Shown in pieces: positions 1 through 11,196 of a stretch of 64,000 bases of DNA. The notes below the pieces were generated by a model. The model did no database searches and was not told the origin of the DNA. It was given only the letters and a program-made list of their open reading frames with translations. A program made the translations under genes and the position numbers. Where the stretch lies: assembly GCA_037442745.1 (NCBI GenBank), contig JBBIPP010000008.1, positions 690-64,689 of the forward strand, given 5' to 3'. Position 1 is the first letter of the stretch. Each line of letters starts with the position of its first letter. Origin of the DNA: an archaeon (GTDB lineage Archaea > SpSt-1190 > DYHY01).

Positions 1-54
1 GATCCGGCCAATTCCCTTTGGGGAAATAAGGTCAATAGGAAGAGAAACTAGTTA

Positions 55-1524
<1,470 letters not shown>

Positions 1525-1677
1525 TAATATTCCTTGTCAATTGATTGGAAAAGACGAAGCAGCGTGCAAACATCTACACACTCTTCCTCAAATATAGGCG
1601 TAGGGCAGAAAGTCAATACAAAAATCCTTCCCGTAATAACGTCCAAGAAAGGAAATGAACGGCGGAAAATGTTCCCC

Positions 1678-1749
1678 GGGCTGGTAGTTCAGTGGTAGAA
1701 CGCGCGGTTTGCAACCGCGAGGCCGCGGGTTCAATTCCCGTCCAGTCCA
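1678..1749 (+). tRNA. tRNA-Ala (anticodon TGC) in the 16S-23S spacer
   Basis: Cloverleaf: acceptor GGGCUGG/CCAGUCC with the G3:U70 alanine identity pair, anticodon loop 'uuUGCaa', T-loop GGTTCAATTCC, discriminator A. A spacer tRNA-Ala is typical of archaeal rRNA operons. Confidence 0.9.
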
Positions 1750-4553
1750 CTTCCTTCCTTGGGCATATCACACTCAAAGTCCGGTTGTCCCAGAAAGGGC
1801 CCGCCGGATTTCAAAGAGGCATAAAATGAAGTTCCTTGTCCGTACGGACCGGGACCTGATATCGGCAAGTGGGAATGAGCAGTAAAGAAATGTAACGCGC
1901 AAGATAAGCGCAACTCACCAATTCATTCTCATGATGACACCGTGTTACTAGGAGCAAAGACGCTGTTAGATGGATTGCTTGGCTCAGAAAGTCGAAGAAG
2001 GGCGTGGCAAGCTGCGATAAGCCCGGGGTAGGTGCATGCAACCTTTGAACCCGGGATCCCTCAATGTGACTTCATGGCCAATAGAAATATTGGTCAGTCC
2101 GAAAGGACGGAGAACGCGGAGAATTGAAACATCTTAGTATCCGCAGGAAAAGAAATCAAAACAGAGATTCTGTGATTAGGGGCGACCGAAAACAGAAGAG
2201 GCCAAACCGAATCCGGCGGGGCAACCCGTTGGAAATGTGGTGTTGTGGGGCCTGGAGCACATCCCAAGTGCAGAGATCAAGTCCACTGGAATGTGGCGCG
2301 ACAAAGGGTGAAAGCCCCGTAATCGTATGCATTAGGGATGATTTCCAGAGTCCCCGAGTAGGGTTGGTCGGTATTCCGGCCCGAATCTGGGAGGCATTAA
2401 CTTCCAAGCCTAAATACTACCTGAGACCGATAGCGGAATAGTAGATTAGTCGAAAGCTGAAAAGAACTCTGAAAAAGAGGGTTCAAAGAGCATGAAATCT
2501 AATAGCCAAAGTCAGCGGCTGCATGAAAGAGTCCGGGCCGAACGCAAGCAAGTCCGGATAGTCGATGTAGCCGCGTCAGTTTAGAATAACGGAGCGGAGA
2601 GTTTTGGATAGTGGCGAGGTTAAGGGGTGTTATCCCCGAAGCCGAAGCGAAAGCAACAAGCACGCAGTACAAGCGAGGTGCGCCGTCATCAAGGCGGGCA
2701 GTCACTACCCAAAGACCTGAAGCTAGGCGATCAAGTCCGGGGCAGGACGAAGTCCGATCAAAAGTCGGATGGAGGTCCGTAGAGATACTACAGTCAAAGT
2801 GTTCTTTTGACCTTGGATTAGTGGCGAAAAACCAATCGAGCCTAGCAATAGCTGGTTCCTAACGAAATATCCCGCAGGATAGTCCCGAAGGAGTGTGGCT
2901 ACCGGGGTAGAGATACTGATCGAAAGTTGCGGATCCGAAAGGATCTAGCTTTCTGTCAAACTCCAAACCTGGTTGCAGCGTAGATTTCGGGAAGCAGGGC
3001 GCATGGGGTAAGCTTGGCGTCCAAGAGGGGAACAACCCAGAGTTAGGTTAAGGTCCTAAAGTGTTAGTTAAGTGTGAAAGGAGCAAGATTGTTTGCATTC
3101 TAAAACAGCCGGGAGGTAGGCTCAGAAGCAGCCATCCTCTAAGAAGTGCGTAAAAGCTTACCGGTCTAGGATGCGAGCGTCGCAGATGGACAGGGCTAAA
3201 CTAACCACCGATACCCAACGCCACGGCCTAGGCCGTGTGCGGTAGTTAGGCAGGTTTGTCGCGCAGAAGCAGGGCTTAAAGGTCCTGTGGAGCGGCATAC
3301 TACGAGAATTCCGCGTTTAGTAGCATCAAAGCCAGGTGAGAATCCTGGTCGCCGAAAGGACAAGGGTTCCTCAGCAATGGTCGTCAGCTGAGGGTTAGTC
3401 GGTCCTAACTCGACCTCTAATACAAGTCGAGGAAAGGGAAACCTGTTAATATTCAGTACCAACTGTACAAGGTTTGAAGCGGGTTCCGGACACTTTTGGA
3501 CAGGCAGAGAGTGACTATCGTCATTTTCAATCGCATAAAACGAGGGAGTAACGTAATGTTGAGAACTCGGAGAAAGCGTTATGGGGTGCGTCGCAAGGTG
3601 CGCTTCTGCTGCGTTCTAGAGTCCGTGAAAAGGGAATCCGATACAAGTGCAGATTGACCGTACCAAGAACCGATACTGGTGTCCTGCCAGAGAATGGTAA
3701 GGCGTGTCAGGGCTAACCACGATAAGGGAAATCGGCAAATTAGCACCGTAACTTCGGGATAAGGTGTGCCTAATTCCGTGCATAACTTGTGCGGTCTTAG
3801 GTCGCAGTGACATGAGGAGCTGGACTGTTTAACAAAAACATATCCGATTGCCAAAGCGGTGACGCTTCGTATAATCGGAGAGGCCTTCCCACTGCCGGTT
3901 CGTCAAACTCGGGTCCAACCGAGCTAAGCGCCGGTGAAGGGAGGGGGTAACTGTAACCCTCTTAAGGTAGCGCAATTCCTTGCCGATTAAATGTCGGCGC
4001 GCATGAAGGCTCAACAAGGTTCCTGCTGTCCCTATTGTGGACCTGGTGAACAAGTTCTCCTAGTGCGGAGACTAGGGACTCCTATCGGGTCACCAAGACC
4101 CCATGGAGCTTTACTGCAGTTTAATCTTGCTTTACGAGGTACGTTACATAGCGTATGTAGGAGAGGCTATGTCCGGTTCTTAGGGATCGGACTACTCGAC
4201 AATGTAACACTACATTCCGTGCCTTGCAAGGCTCTACCTTAACTGGAACAGGATTAGATGGGCAGTTTGGCTGGGGCGGCACCCCGACGAAAAAATATCA
4301 TCGGGGCCCAATGGTGTGCTCATCCGGGTCAGAACTCCGGAGTAGAGTGCAAAGGCAAAAGCACGCCTGATGTCATAGTGATCAACAAACTAAGACAAGT
4401 CGAAAGACGGGCTTAGCGAACCTCAATGTCCCTCTTAATGAGGGCTTGAGATAACAGAAAAGCTACCCTGGGGATAACAGAGTTGTGGCGGGCGAGAGTT
4501 CCCATTGACCCCGCCGTTTGCTGCATCGCTGTCGGCTCGTCCCATCCTGGCTG

Positions 4554-5312
4554 TGCAGTATCCACGGAAACATCAAACGTGTTTCTGAAAGATACTTTAT
4601 CAGCTGTGGAATTGGACAATACAACAGTGCAGACAAAGGCAATAATCAACTCGAAATAAAATATGGGAAAAATTTTACCAGCAAAAAACGCTAGGTAAAG
4701 TTCCATTGAGGGTCTATAAAAATCAAAGAAAGGTGGTTCCAAGGTTGGCTAGCGCCAACAAGAGTTCTCCAAATGCATTAGGGTTAGAGAATTTGAAAAA
4801 GAATTAGTAACAAAAGAAAGAATATGTCATAGCCAAAGGCATAGCCAAAGGCATAGCCAAAGGCATAGCCAAAGGCATAGCCAAAGGCTTATGATGCTAC
4901 ACTTCTTTTGCTCCAAGTACAAAATAATGTACTTCTGTAGTTCTAGTGCTAACGAGAATTCTTGTTTAGCGCTACTAACTAAGGCCAGTAATGGCAACAA
5001 AATGGAACCGCAGTTTTTTTGGTGGATATGGACTTTCTATTTTGACAAAATTAATACTTTGTCTTTACAGAATTGTTCAGTTCCGGCTAAAACGCTGAAG
5101 AGTAATGTTTTCAGAGGCACGAGTTTTCCTTACAAAAACAAATGATGTTAAGAGGTCTTGGTTCAATTCAAGGCACCTCTAGACGTGCATCAAGCCCTTC
5201 TTTCTTCAGAAGAAAGAAGCCCTTGACGGGAAGAAAGAAGTCAAAAGCTTCTTTTTGACCTCGAGGGACTTTTTCTTCGCAAGAAAAAGGGGCTCGTTAC
5301 GTCCCGTGGCTG
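4554..5312 (+). other. Intervening sequence / intron within 23S rRNA domain V (between the A2503-region and U2585-region homologues)
   Basis: LSU conservation stops after 'catcctggctg' (~4553) and resumes at 'caagcagccaagggtaagggtgttcacc...gaacgtcgtgagacag' (~5313). The inserted ~750 nt is AT-richer and has no LSU homology. Imperfect direct repeats of rRNA sequence flank it ('ggctcgtcccatcctggctg' / 'ggctcgttacgtcccgtggctg'). It contains several perfect hairpins (e.g. cttctttcttc/gaagaaagaag) and no intact homing-endonuclease ORF. Confidence 0.6.
4828..4888 (+). repeat. 12-bp tandem repeat (catagccaaagg) x5 inside the 23S intervening sequence
   Basis: Five perfect head-to-tail copies of 'catagccaaagg' read directly from the sequence. 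Confidence 0.9.
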
Positions 5313-5356
5313 CAAGCAGCCAAGGGTAAGGGTGTTCACCTATTAAAGGGGCTCGT

Positions 5357-5390
<34 letters not shown>

Positions 5391-6121
5391 TGCTTACTGG
5401 TAGGAGTGCAGGCAGATTGAAAGGAAAGTGACATTAGTACGAGAGGAACACGTCGCTGGCGCCTCTGGTAGACCGGTTGTCTGATAAGGCATCGCCGGGC
5501 AGCTACGCGCTTGGCCCGTAATGGCTGAAAGCATCTAAGCCAGAAAGGGTCCTTGAAAACGAATCTGCCATTCTGGCAACCCCATGAATTTGGGAGTCCA
5601 GACAAGGCCGCCGCTAAAACAGCGGGTTGATAGAGCAGTGGTGTACATGAAAAGGGCAACCGATTCATTCAGCCAGCTGCTACTAATTGGCCGAGGCTCT
5701 AGTAACACGGTGTTATCATGTCTTGTGCAAGCAAGGGTATCCGCAAGGGTTCTTGTGCTCGCACAAGCGGTTCTCTGTGGACGGACTTTTGAAAGAATCT
5801 CCGCCCACGGACCGGCCGGCCCCTTCGGGGGACGGCCACCATTTTTAACCAAAGGGAACTCGTATGACGGAAGAGATTTTCTTCCGGAAGGAAAAGAAAA
5901 TACGGGTTTGCACTAACAAAGTTCTTCCAAGAATTTTTTGGAGGATTGAGTTTTTTTATTTAGATAGCGATAGTTCTATTGAAATTTGGGGATTTTTCAA
6001 TTGCGGGAAAGCAAGAGAGATGAAAAAGTCAAACTTTGTTTGCAATTACTATTCAAAATAAATAATCTTCATACGAATAAACTTTAGATACCCACTTCTA
6101 TTTCAAATTCTCTGAGAAGAT

Positions 6122-6415
6122 GTGCATGCAATTAGGTATCTGTTTTCTCTTTCTAGACCCTCCCTATTTGTCGAAAACCGAATCCCGATTATACGGAAAA
6201 AGGGGGATTTGCACACAGGTTTCGATCACGAAAGATTCGCATCCTCAATTGCCAAATGCCAACACAAATTGCCGATAACATATGACGATTCCTTGGAGGT
6301 CAGACGCCCGTTTTCTTTCGCCAAGTTGAACGAGTGGACGCTTCAATACGGAATGAACAACTACAAGCAAAAAACCGTTGCTAGAGGAAAAAAACTGTCC
6401 ATATACAATTACTGA
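6122..6415 (+). CDS. hypothetical protein (97 aa)
   Basis: ORF downstream of the rRNA operon with no recognisable motif. Confidence 0.25.
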   Translation: MHAIRYLFSLSRPSLFVENRIPIIRKKGDLHTGFDHERFASSIAKCQHKLPITYDDSLEVRRPFSFAKLNEWTLQYGMNNYKQKTVARGKKLSIYNY

Positions 6416-6483
6416 TTTTCCCAAGAAAGAATCCTTAAGAAACCCCTTCCCCCTATAACCCCCAAACTTCCCAAAATACCACA

Positions 6484-6708
6484 ATGTCTGAGACTTGTAC
6501 CGATAAACAGGGAAGAAAGCGATTCAAGGAGACGAACCAGCTCGTCTCTGAATTGCTAAAGGAGCACAAAATCACGAGGGGCTCGAAAAAAGAAGAGCGG
6601 GAGCTAGAGGAAAAAAAGCGCCCGGAACAGTTGAAGAGCTCGAACAGGTTCCCATTCAGGACGAAGAAAGACCTGAAAAAGCATGACGGGGACGTAGAGT
6701 TCGCCTAA
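6484..6708 (+). CDS. hypothetical small highly charged protein (74 aa)
   Basis: ORF rich in K/E/R with no recognisable domain. Confidence 0.25.
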   Translation: MSETCTDKQGRKRFKETNQLVSELLKEHKITRGSKKEERELEEKKRPEQLKSSNRFPFRTKKDLKKHDGDVEFA

Positions 6709-6716
6709 ACCACACG

Positions 6717-7328
6717 TCAACAAAGAAGCTCCCTTTTCGGAGGCGCGGGAAGGCATTTCCGATAAACTGGCATGTTCTCAACATACATCCCGCCTTCTCC
6801 AAGACCTTCCCTGAACAGGTCAAGAAGCTTCATGCCAATCAATCTAGGCTTCTCTTCAATGCACCGCTCCATTTCACAATCGCCAGAGGGTGTCCTTCTG
6901 ACAACCCGGTAGCCCGCGCTCCCGAACATTTCCTTCTCGTGAGGCGCGGCAAGAAGATAGATCTGCTTGATTGGGACATCCTTCCTCTCAAGAACCCTCT
7001 TCTCAAAAGCAGTTATCAAGCCTTTGGCAACATCCCTTCTTTCGGCGAATTCCTAGCACATCCCCGCGGAATAGACATGGCCAATTGCGTCCATGTGGCC
7101 GAAGACATAACCAACAACCTCCCCGCTTTGGGAGACAGCGACAAAGCCTTCTGCAGTAGATTTCCCTTCGGCAGTTGTTCTCATCATTTCCTCCTTAAAG
7201 TCGTGGATGCTCTTCCCACTAGAAAGGCCGTAGTTAATTGCGTCAATCAGTTGGACAGAAAGGATGTCTCCAAACCAGAACTCCCTTATCGAATAGTCAA
7301 GAATATCGACACCGTCAGCTGAATGCAT
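6717..7328 (-). pseudogene. hypothetical gene interrupted by a single in-frame TAG (two same-frame ORFs, 7053..7328 and 6717..7019)
   Basis: Exactly 33 nt (11 sense codons, EFAERRDVAKG) separate the TAG from the next in-frame TTG, so the reading frame is continuous across a single amber codon. Product family not recognised. Confidence 0.35.
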
Positions 7329-7666
7329 CCGATTATTATCCTTGTTATCTTTTTTATTACTTGTTGATGATAAACAAATAAAGGGCCAAAACAGGGAAAA
7401 ATCCCCCTATTTCTCCCAGACAAGTTCCCAAATAACCCCCTCTTCTTGTTCGCGAAAACCGATTTATCCCCCTTGCCTGACGGGACATATACCGCATGCG
7501 GATGCGGATTCTGCGGATGCGCAAAGAATTCTCCGGCAAAGTGCATCACAACGGCCGAACTTACTTGACGGGAGAATTCTCTAGGATACTCTCCTTTCGA
7601 AAAGTCTTTCCTGTAAACTGATCGGCTTCTCTATCGGGGCTGCTTATCGGGTCTGCTAGATTTGCC

Positions 7667-8438
7667 CTAGAAAAGCCAGAGCAAGAACGAGGGCTCCCGT
7701 AAAAATCCGGTACCAGCCAAAGGGCGCAAGGCCCTCCTTTCGACAAAACCAATTAACAAATTTATCGAAATGAGGGAGAAGACAAAACTGGAGACTAGGC
7801 CTGCCAAAATGACCGGAAAATTTCCGGCTAAAAATATTCCTGATGAAATCCCCGAAATCAGTTCATTGCCTGTCGCAACCCCGAGAGTCGGAATTGAGAG
7901 AAGGAAGGAATATTTCACTGCTTCCTTTTTGTCTAGCCCGAGGAGGACTCCACCAGCAATTGTTGCCCCTGATCTTGAGACTCACGGAACGAGGGCAAGG
8001 GCCCGGAAAAGCCCTATTTTCAGAGCTTCGGGAAAGCCAATAGCTTTCCGCCCACGTCTTTTTGGATTTCCGAGAAATAGAAGGACGAGACCCCCAAGAA
8101 TCAGGGAAACGCCGACAACCACTGCCGAGAAAAAAGGCTCTTTATAATGTCCCTAAGGAAAAACCCCAAAATCCCCGCAGGAAGGAAAGACACGAGAAGA
8201 AGGGGTAATTTTCTCCTTTCAAAAGCCCCGCGTCCGTAAAAACGAGAACTGCAAGAACTGCAAGAACTGCACCAAACTGTACTGCAATTGAGAATGAATC
8301 CCGGAAAGCCTTCCCTCCGGAGAGCCCTAGGAATTTCGACGCAACAAGCAAATGGCCAGTTGAGGAAACCGGAAGGAATTCAGTCATTCCTTCGACAAAA
8401 CCGAGAAGGACTGCCTTTACGAGTTCAGCAAGCATCAT
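7667..8438 (-). pseudogene. uppP: undecaprenyl-diphosphatase (UppP/BacA), disrupted by a frameshift and an in-frame TGA
   Basis: The N-terminal ORF carries the UppP signature 'EGMTEFLPVSSTGHL' and ends at TAA after a T6 homopolymer. The middle part continues in another frame ('...ALKIGLFRALALVP'). A TGA then falls at the Gly of the conserved 'PG(V)SRSGATI' motif. It is followed in-frame by 'VSRSGATIAGGVLLGL...KYSFLLSIPTLG', the UppP C-terminus. Confidence 0.6.
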
Positions 8439-8525
8439 AAGCCCGCCCGCATTTCTGCTTTAAACAATTGCCCGAAATAGGTAAAGAAAAGAAACCTCTT
8501 TAAGCGAACACTGCGCCAAAACCGG

Positions 8526-9056
8526 ATGCCCGAGAGAGACATTGTCTCTGAACTCTCAATCATTCATCCCGGACAAATCCTCTTCGTTGTCTCGAAGAAT
8601 TATCCGGAAGAAGCTTTCCTCGGAGCGACAAAATTCCTGACAGAGTCAAAGAATTCCTTTGCAATAATACTCTCAATGAAAAAGGACTGGCCGGAGCTTG
8701 CAAGGGCGCTTTCGGACAACAACATCCAAATAAAGAACTTTGCAATAATTGATGCCACCGGAAGGACGAGAACGCCCCGGGGAAGGGGAAATATTGTGTC
8801 GGTCAGGGGACCGGAGAAGCTCGCAACAATAGCACTTTCGCTCACCGGAGCGGTCAGGTCTTCCTCAAACAAAGAGATAATTGTCGTAATTGACTCGGCA
8901 ACCGAGATTTTCCTCCATTCAGACCCCGACCTTTTCAATGAATTCTCAAAGCATTTCTCCTTCCTCGTTAAATCGAGCGGAGGGAAGGGCCTCGTTTTCT
9001 CGGCCGAGCCCCATAAAGAGTTCCTTGAAATTTCCGAGAGGACGGTATATATCTGA
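8526..9056 (+). CDS. hypothetical protein (176 aa)
   Basis: ORF abutting the next gene (stop 2 nt before its ATG). No Walker motif or other recognisable signature. Confidence 0.4.
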   Translation: MPERDIVSELSIIHPGQILFVVSKNYPEEAFLGATKFLTESKNSFAIILSMKKDWPELARALSDNNIQIKNFAIIDATGRTRTPRGRGNIVSVRGPEKLATIALSLTGAVRSSSNKEIIVVIDSATEIFLHSDPDLFNEFSKHFSFLVKSSGGKGLVFSAEPHKEFLEISERTVYI

Positions 9057-9058
9057 AA

Positions 9059-9493
9059 ATGGCAAAAACAAAGAAAAAGACGCTCGCTTTCGGTGTTTTC
9101 GACGGGATACACGCTGGCCATATCTATTACCTGAAAAAGGCAAAGGCGCTGTCCGGCTTCCTGATTGTCGCAGTTGCTAGGGACGCCCCCCTCTGGAAAA
9201 TTGAAAAGAGCCACAACTTGTCCCAAGAAGAGAGGGTTGATGTTGTAGAGTCTCTCGGAATTGTCGACAAGGTGGTTTTGGGCGGAAAGGATGACTCGCT
9301 CGAACTTGTAACGAAGCTCAAGCCAGATTACATTGCCCTGACGAAATACAGCCCAATAAGGGCTTCTTTCCTCTCAAAATACCTGAAGAAAGCTGGGCTT
9401 GAATGCAGGGTTGTCGAAATCCCGCCCTACAAGCCCAAAATCTATGATTCTTTCTTCCCAAGAGTCCGGGGAAGGGAAGATTCCCAAAAGTAG
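9059..9493 (+). CDS. cytidylyl/adenylyl-transferase-like nucleotidyltransferase (archaeal FAD synthase RibL-like, 144 aa)
   Basis: N-terminal 'GVFDGIHAGHIYYL' is the (H/T)xGH nucleotidyltransferase motif. Size matches RibL or glycerol-3-P cytidylyltransferase-type proteins. Confidence 0.6.
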   Translation: MAKTKKKTLAFGVFDGIHAGHIYYLKKAKALSGFLIVAVARDAPLWKIEKSHNLSQEERVDVVESLGIVDKVVLGGKDDSLELVTKLKPDYIALTKYSPIRASFLSKYLKKAGLECRVVEIPPYKPKIYDSFFPRVRGREDSQK

Positions 9494-11190
9494 AATTCCC
9501 CGACGTTCGGATGCGAATAGTTGAACGGGGAGTGGCCTTTGGATGCGCATTCTGAAATAAAGTTCCGAGCAAGTTCTTCATAAGGCGTTTTCACACTCCC
9601 GAAATAATTCTTTTGCCGGGTAATTACAATTACAGAGTCCGGGGGGCATTGTTCATCCGAAAAATTTCCAGAAAAAACAGCCCCCTTTTCCGGGAAGAGA
9701 TAGGAAGCAATCCCTCCCTCTACGCAGGAAGTGACAAACATCCTCCCCGGACCCGAATCAATTTCCGGCAGGGGATACTGGTTTTTCTTCAGCAATATTA
9801 GCTTGGACGAGATGTTGTTATAGTTAATTAACAGCAGAAGAAAAAGCACTACCGGAAGAATCCGCCCGAACTTTTCCGGAACCAAAGCAACAGGCCCGGC
9901 CAAAAGGACGAGAAATACTGGTGCTATTGCCGAGAGCTGGCGGGGATTGAAATAAGACGAGTAGGATATTGTCGAAAGGGAAACGAAAAGGAAGGAGACC
10001 AGGATAACGAACGCGTGCTTTTTCAGATTGACCTTGCTATGCCTGAAAAGGAAAGGCAGGATTACTGCTAGACTGAAAATAGCCAATTCTTTCTCCCCGA
10101 ACACCCCCCCGAACGGGACGAGCGTATCAACAATCTGCTCCGCCCTTATCCTGACTGCATTCGAGAGAAAGCCCAAATCCAACGCGTTCTTCCAGACGGC
10201 AACGAAAGCAGATCTGCTCGGAAAACCCATAAGAAAATTGTAATAGATGAAAGGGAACGCTCCAAGAAGGAAAAGGGCGAGACGGATTAGCAACCCTTTC
10301 ATTCCGAGCCTTGGCAGGGAGCTTTTCCCGAAAACCGGCAGGGCGAGCGCAACTGCCGAAAGAAAAGTCAGGAAAAAGAGCTTGTTAAAAAAGCCAATTC
10401 CGGAGACTAGCCAGAAGAGGGGGTGGGAGAGAGCACCCCCCGGAGATTTTCTTGACAATATAAGGAAAAGGGCAATTAGGGAGAGGACTGCCTGCATCCC
10501 TGTCTCCTGGTCGGATATTTTCACCAGTGGAAAGTAGTTTGCAAGGAAAAGCGAGCCTGTCGCAAGGAAAAGCGCTGGGCCCTTCCCATAAATTTCCCTA
10601 GAGCAGAGATATATCAGGAAAATCCCGACTGTTGAGAGGACGCCTCCCGAGAGCGCGAGGGAAAAGGCGGAATTCCCGAAAACAACAGAGAAAAGACCGG
10701 CATAAGACGGGAAAAAAGAACCCCCTAGTGCGTAATTCCCCCCAAGATTTTTCACAAAACATCCAAGAGGCTCCCTGAAAAAGAGGCCGATTTTCCAGAA
10801 AAGCTCGGGATCGAACGCTTTCGAGAGAGTGAGAGCAGTTGCAAGCAGGAGGCCGGCAAGAAGGGAGGGTGCGAGCAACAGTTTTCCGGCCAAGTTGCCA
10901 AGCTTTCTGAAAATCTGCCAGAAAAAATCAATTGCCCGGACGGAACTGCGCAGGAACCCCTCCACAAACCAAGACCGAAAAATAAAGAATAATGCCAGAA
11001 TTGCCAAAGCGATGCCAATTTTCCCAAAGAAAGCTCTCTCGAAATAGTTGAGAAAAACGCTCTCCAAAACCGCAAGCGAGACAAGTCCAGAAATTGCGAA
11101 AAAGGCGAATAGCCAGATGAAGTGCCCATTCAGCGAATTTCCGACCATTTTCCCCCTTCTCGCTCCGCAACTGATTTTAACAATTCCCAA
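9442..11190 (-). CDS. polytopic membrane protein, GT-C-type glycosyltransferase-like (ArnT/PMT-like)
   Basis: 582-aa ORF with more than 10 hydrophobic helices and a loop-rich architecture like GT-C glycosyltransferases. Start codon uncertain (TTG in the track; an ATG 14 codons downstream). Confidence 0.45.
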   Translation of the reverse strand: MGIVKISCGARRGKMVGNSLNGHFIWLFAFFAISGLVSLAVLESVFLNYFERAFFGKIGIALAILALFFIFRSWFVEGFLRSSVRAIDFFWQIFRKLGNLAGKLLLAPSLLAGLLLATALTLSKAFDPELFWKIGLFFREPLGCFVKNLGGNYALGGSFFPSYAGLFSVVFGNSAFSLALSGGVLSTVGIFLIYLCSREIYGKGPALFLATGSLFLANYFPLVKISDQETGMQAVLSLIALFLILSRKSPGGALSHPLFWLVSGIGFFNKLFFLTFLSAVALALPVFGKSSLPRLGMKGLLIRLALFLLGAFPFIYYNFLMGFPSRSAFVAVWKNALDLGFLSNAVRIRAEQIVDTLVPFGGVFGEKELAIFSLAVILPFLFRHSKVNLKKHAFVILVSFLFVSLSTISYSSYFNPRQLSAIAPVFLVLLAGPVALVPEKFGRILPVVLFLLLLINYNNISSKLILLKKNQYPLPEIDSGPGRMFVTSCVEGGIASYLFPEKGAVFSGNFSDEQCPPDSVIVITRQKNYFGSVKTPYEELARNFISECASKGHSPFNYSHPNVGEFYFWESSLPRTLGKKES

Positions 11191-11196
11191 AACAAT

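Noticed and set aside
4891-5145. 84-aa ORF inside the 23S intervening sequence as a homing endonuclease
   Set aside because: No LAGLIDADG, GIY-YIG, HNH or His-Cys box motifs. The composition is low-complexity and Phe/Cys/Trp-rich, typical of a random AT-rich ORF.
5700-6120. 5S rRNA downstream of 23S
   Set aside because: No 5S-like sequence or structure was recognisable. The region holds only a GC hairpin with a UUCG loop (ggccggcccc-ttcg-ggggacggcc), which is likely part of the 23S trailer or a terminator. 5S is presumably unlinked, as in many archaea.
7960-7975. UGA=Gly (genetic code 25) or other stop-codon reassignment, suggested by the TGA at a conserved Gly in UppP and the TAG inside the 6717-7328 gene
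   Set aside because: Many confidently identified genes terminate at TGA (FNR-like, Lrp, topA, MBL hydrolase, S2P, both radical-SAM genes), at TAG (alaS, tyrS, serS, sod, Type IIG RM) and at TAA. Long intact ORFs are abundant under the standard code. Both cases are better explained as pseudogenisation or errors.
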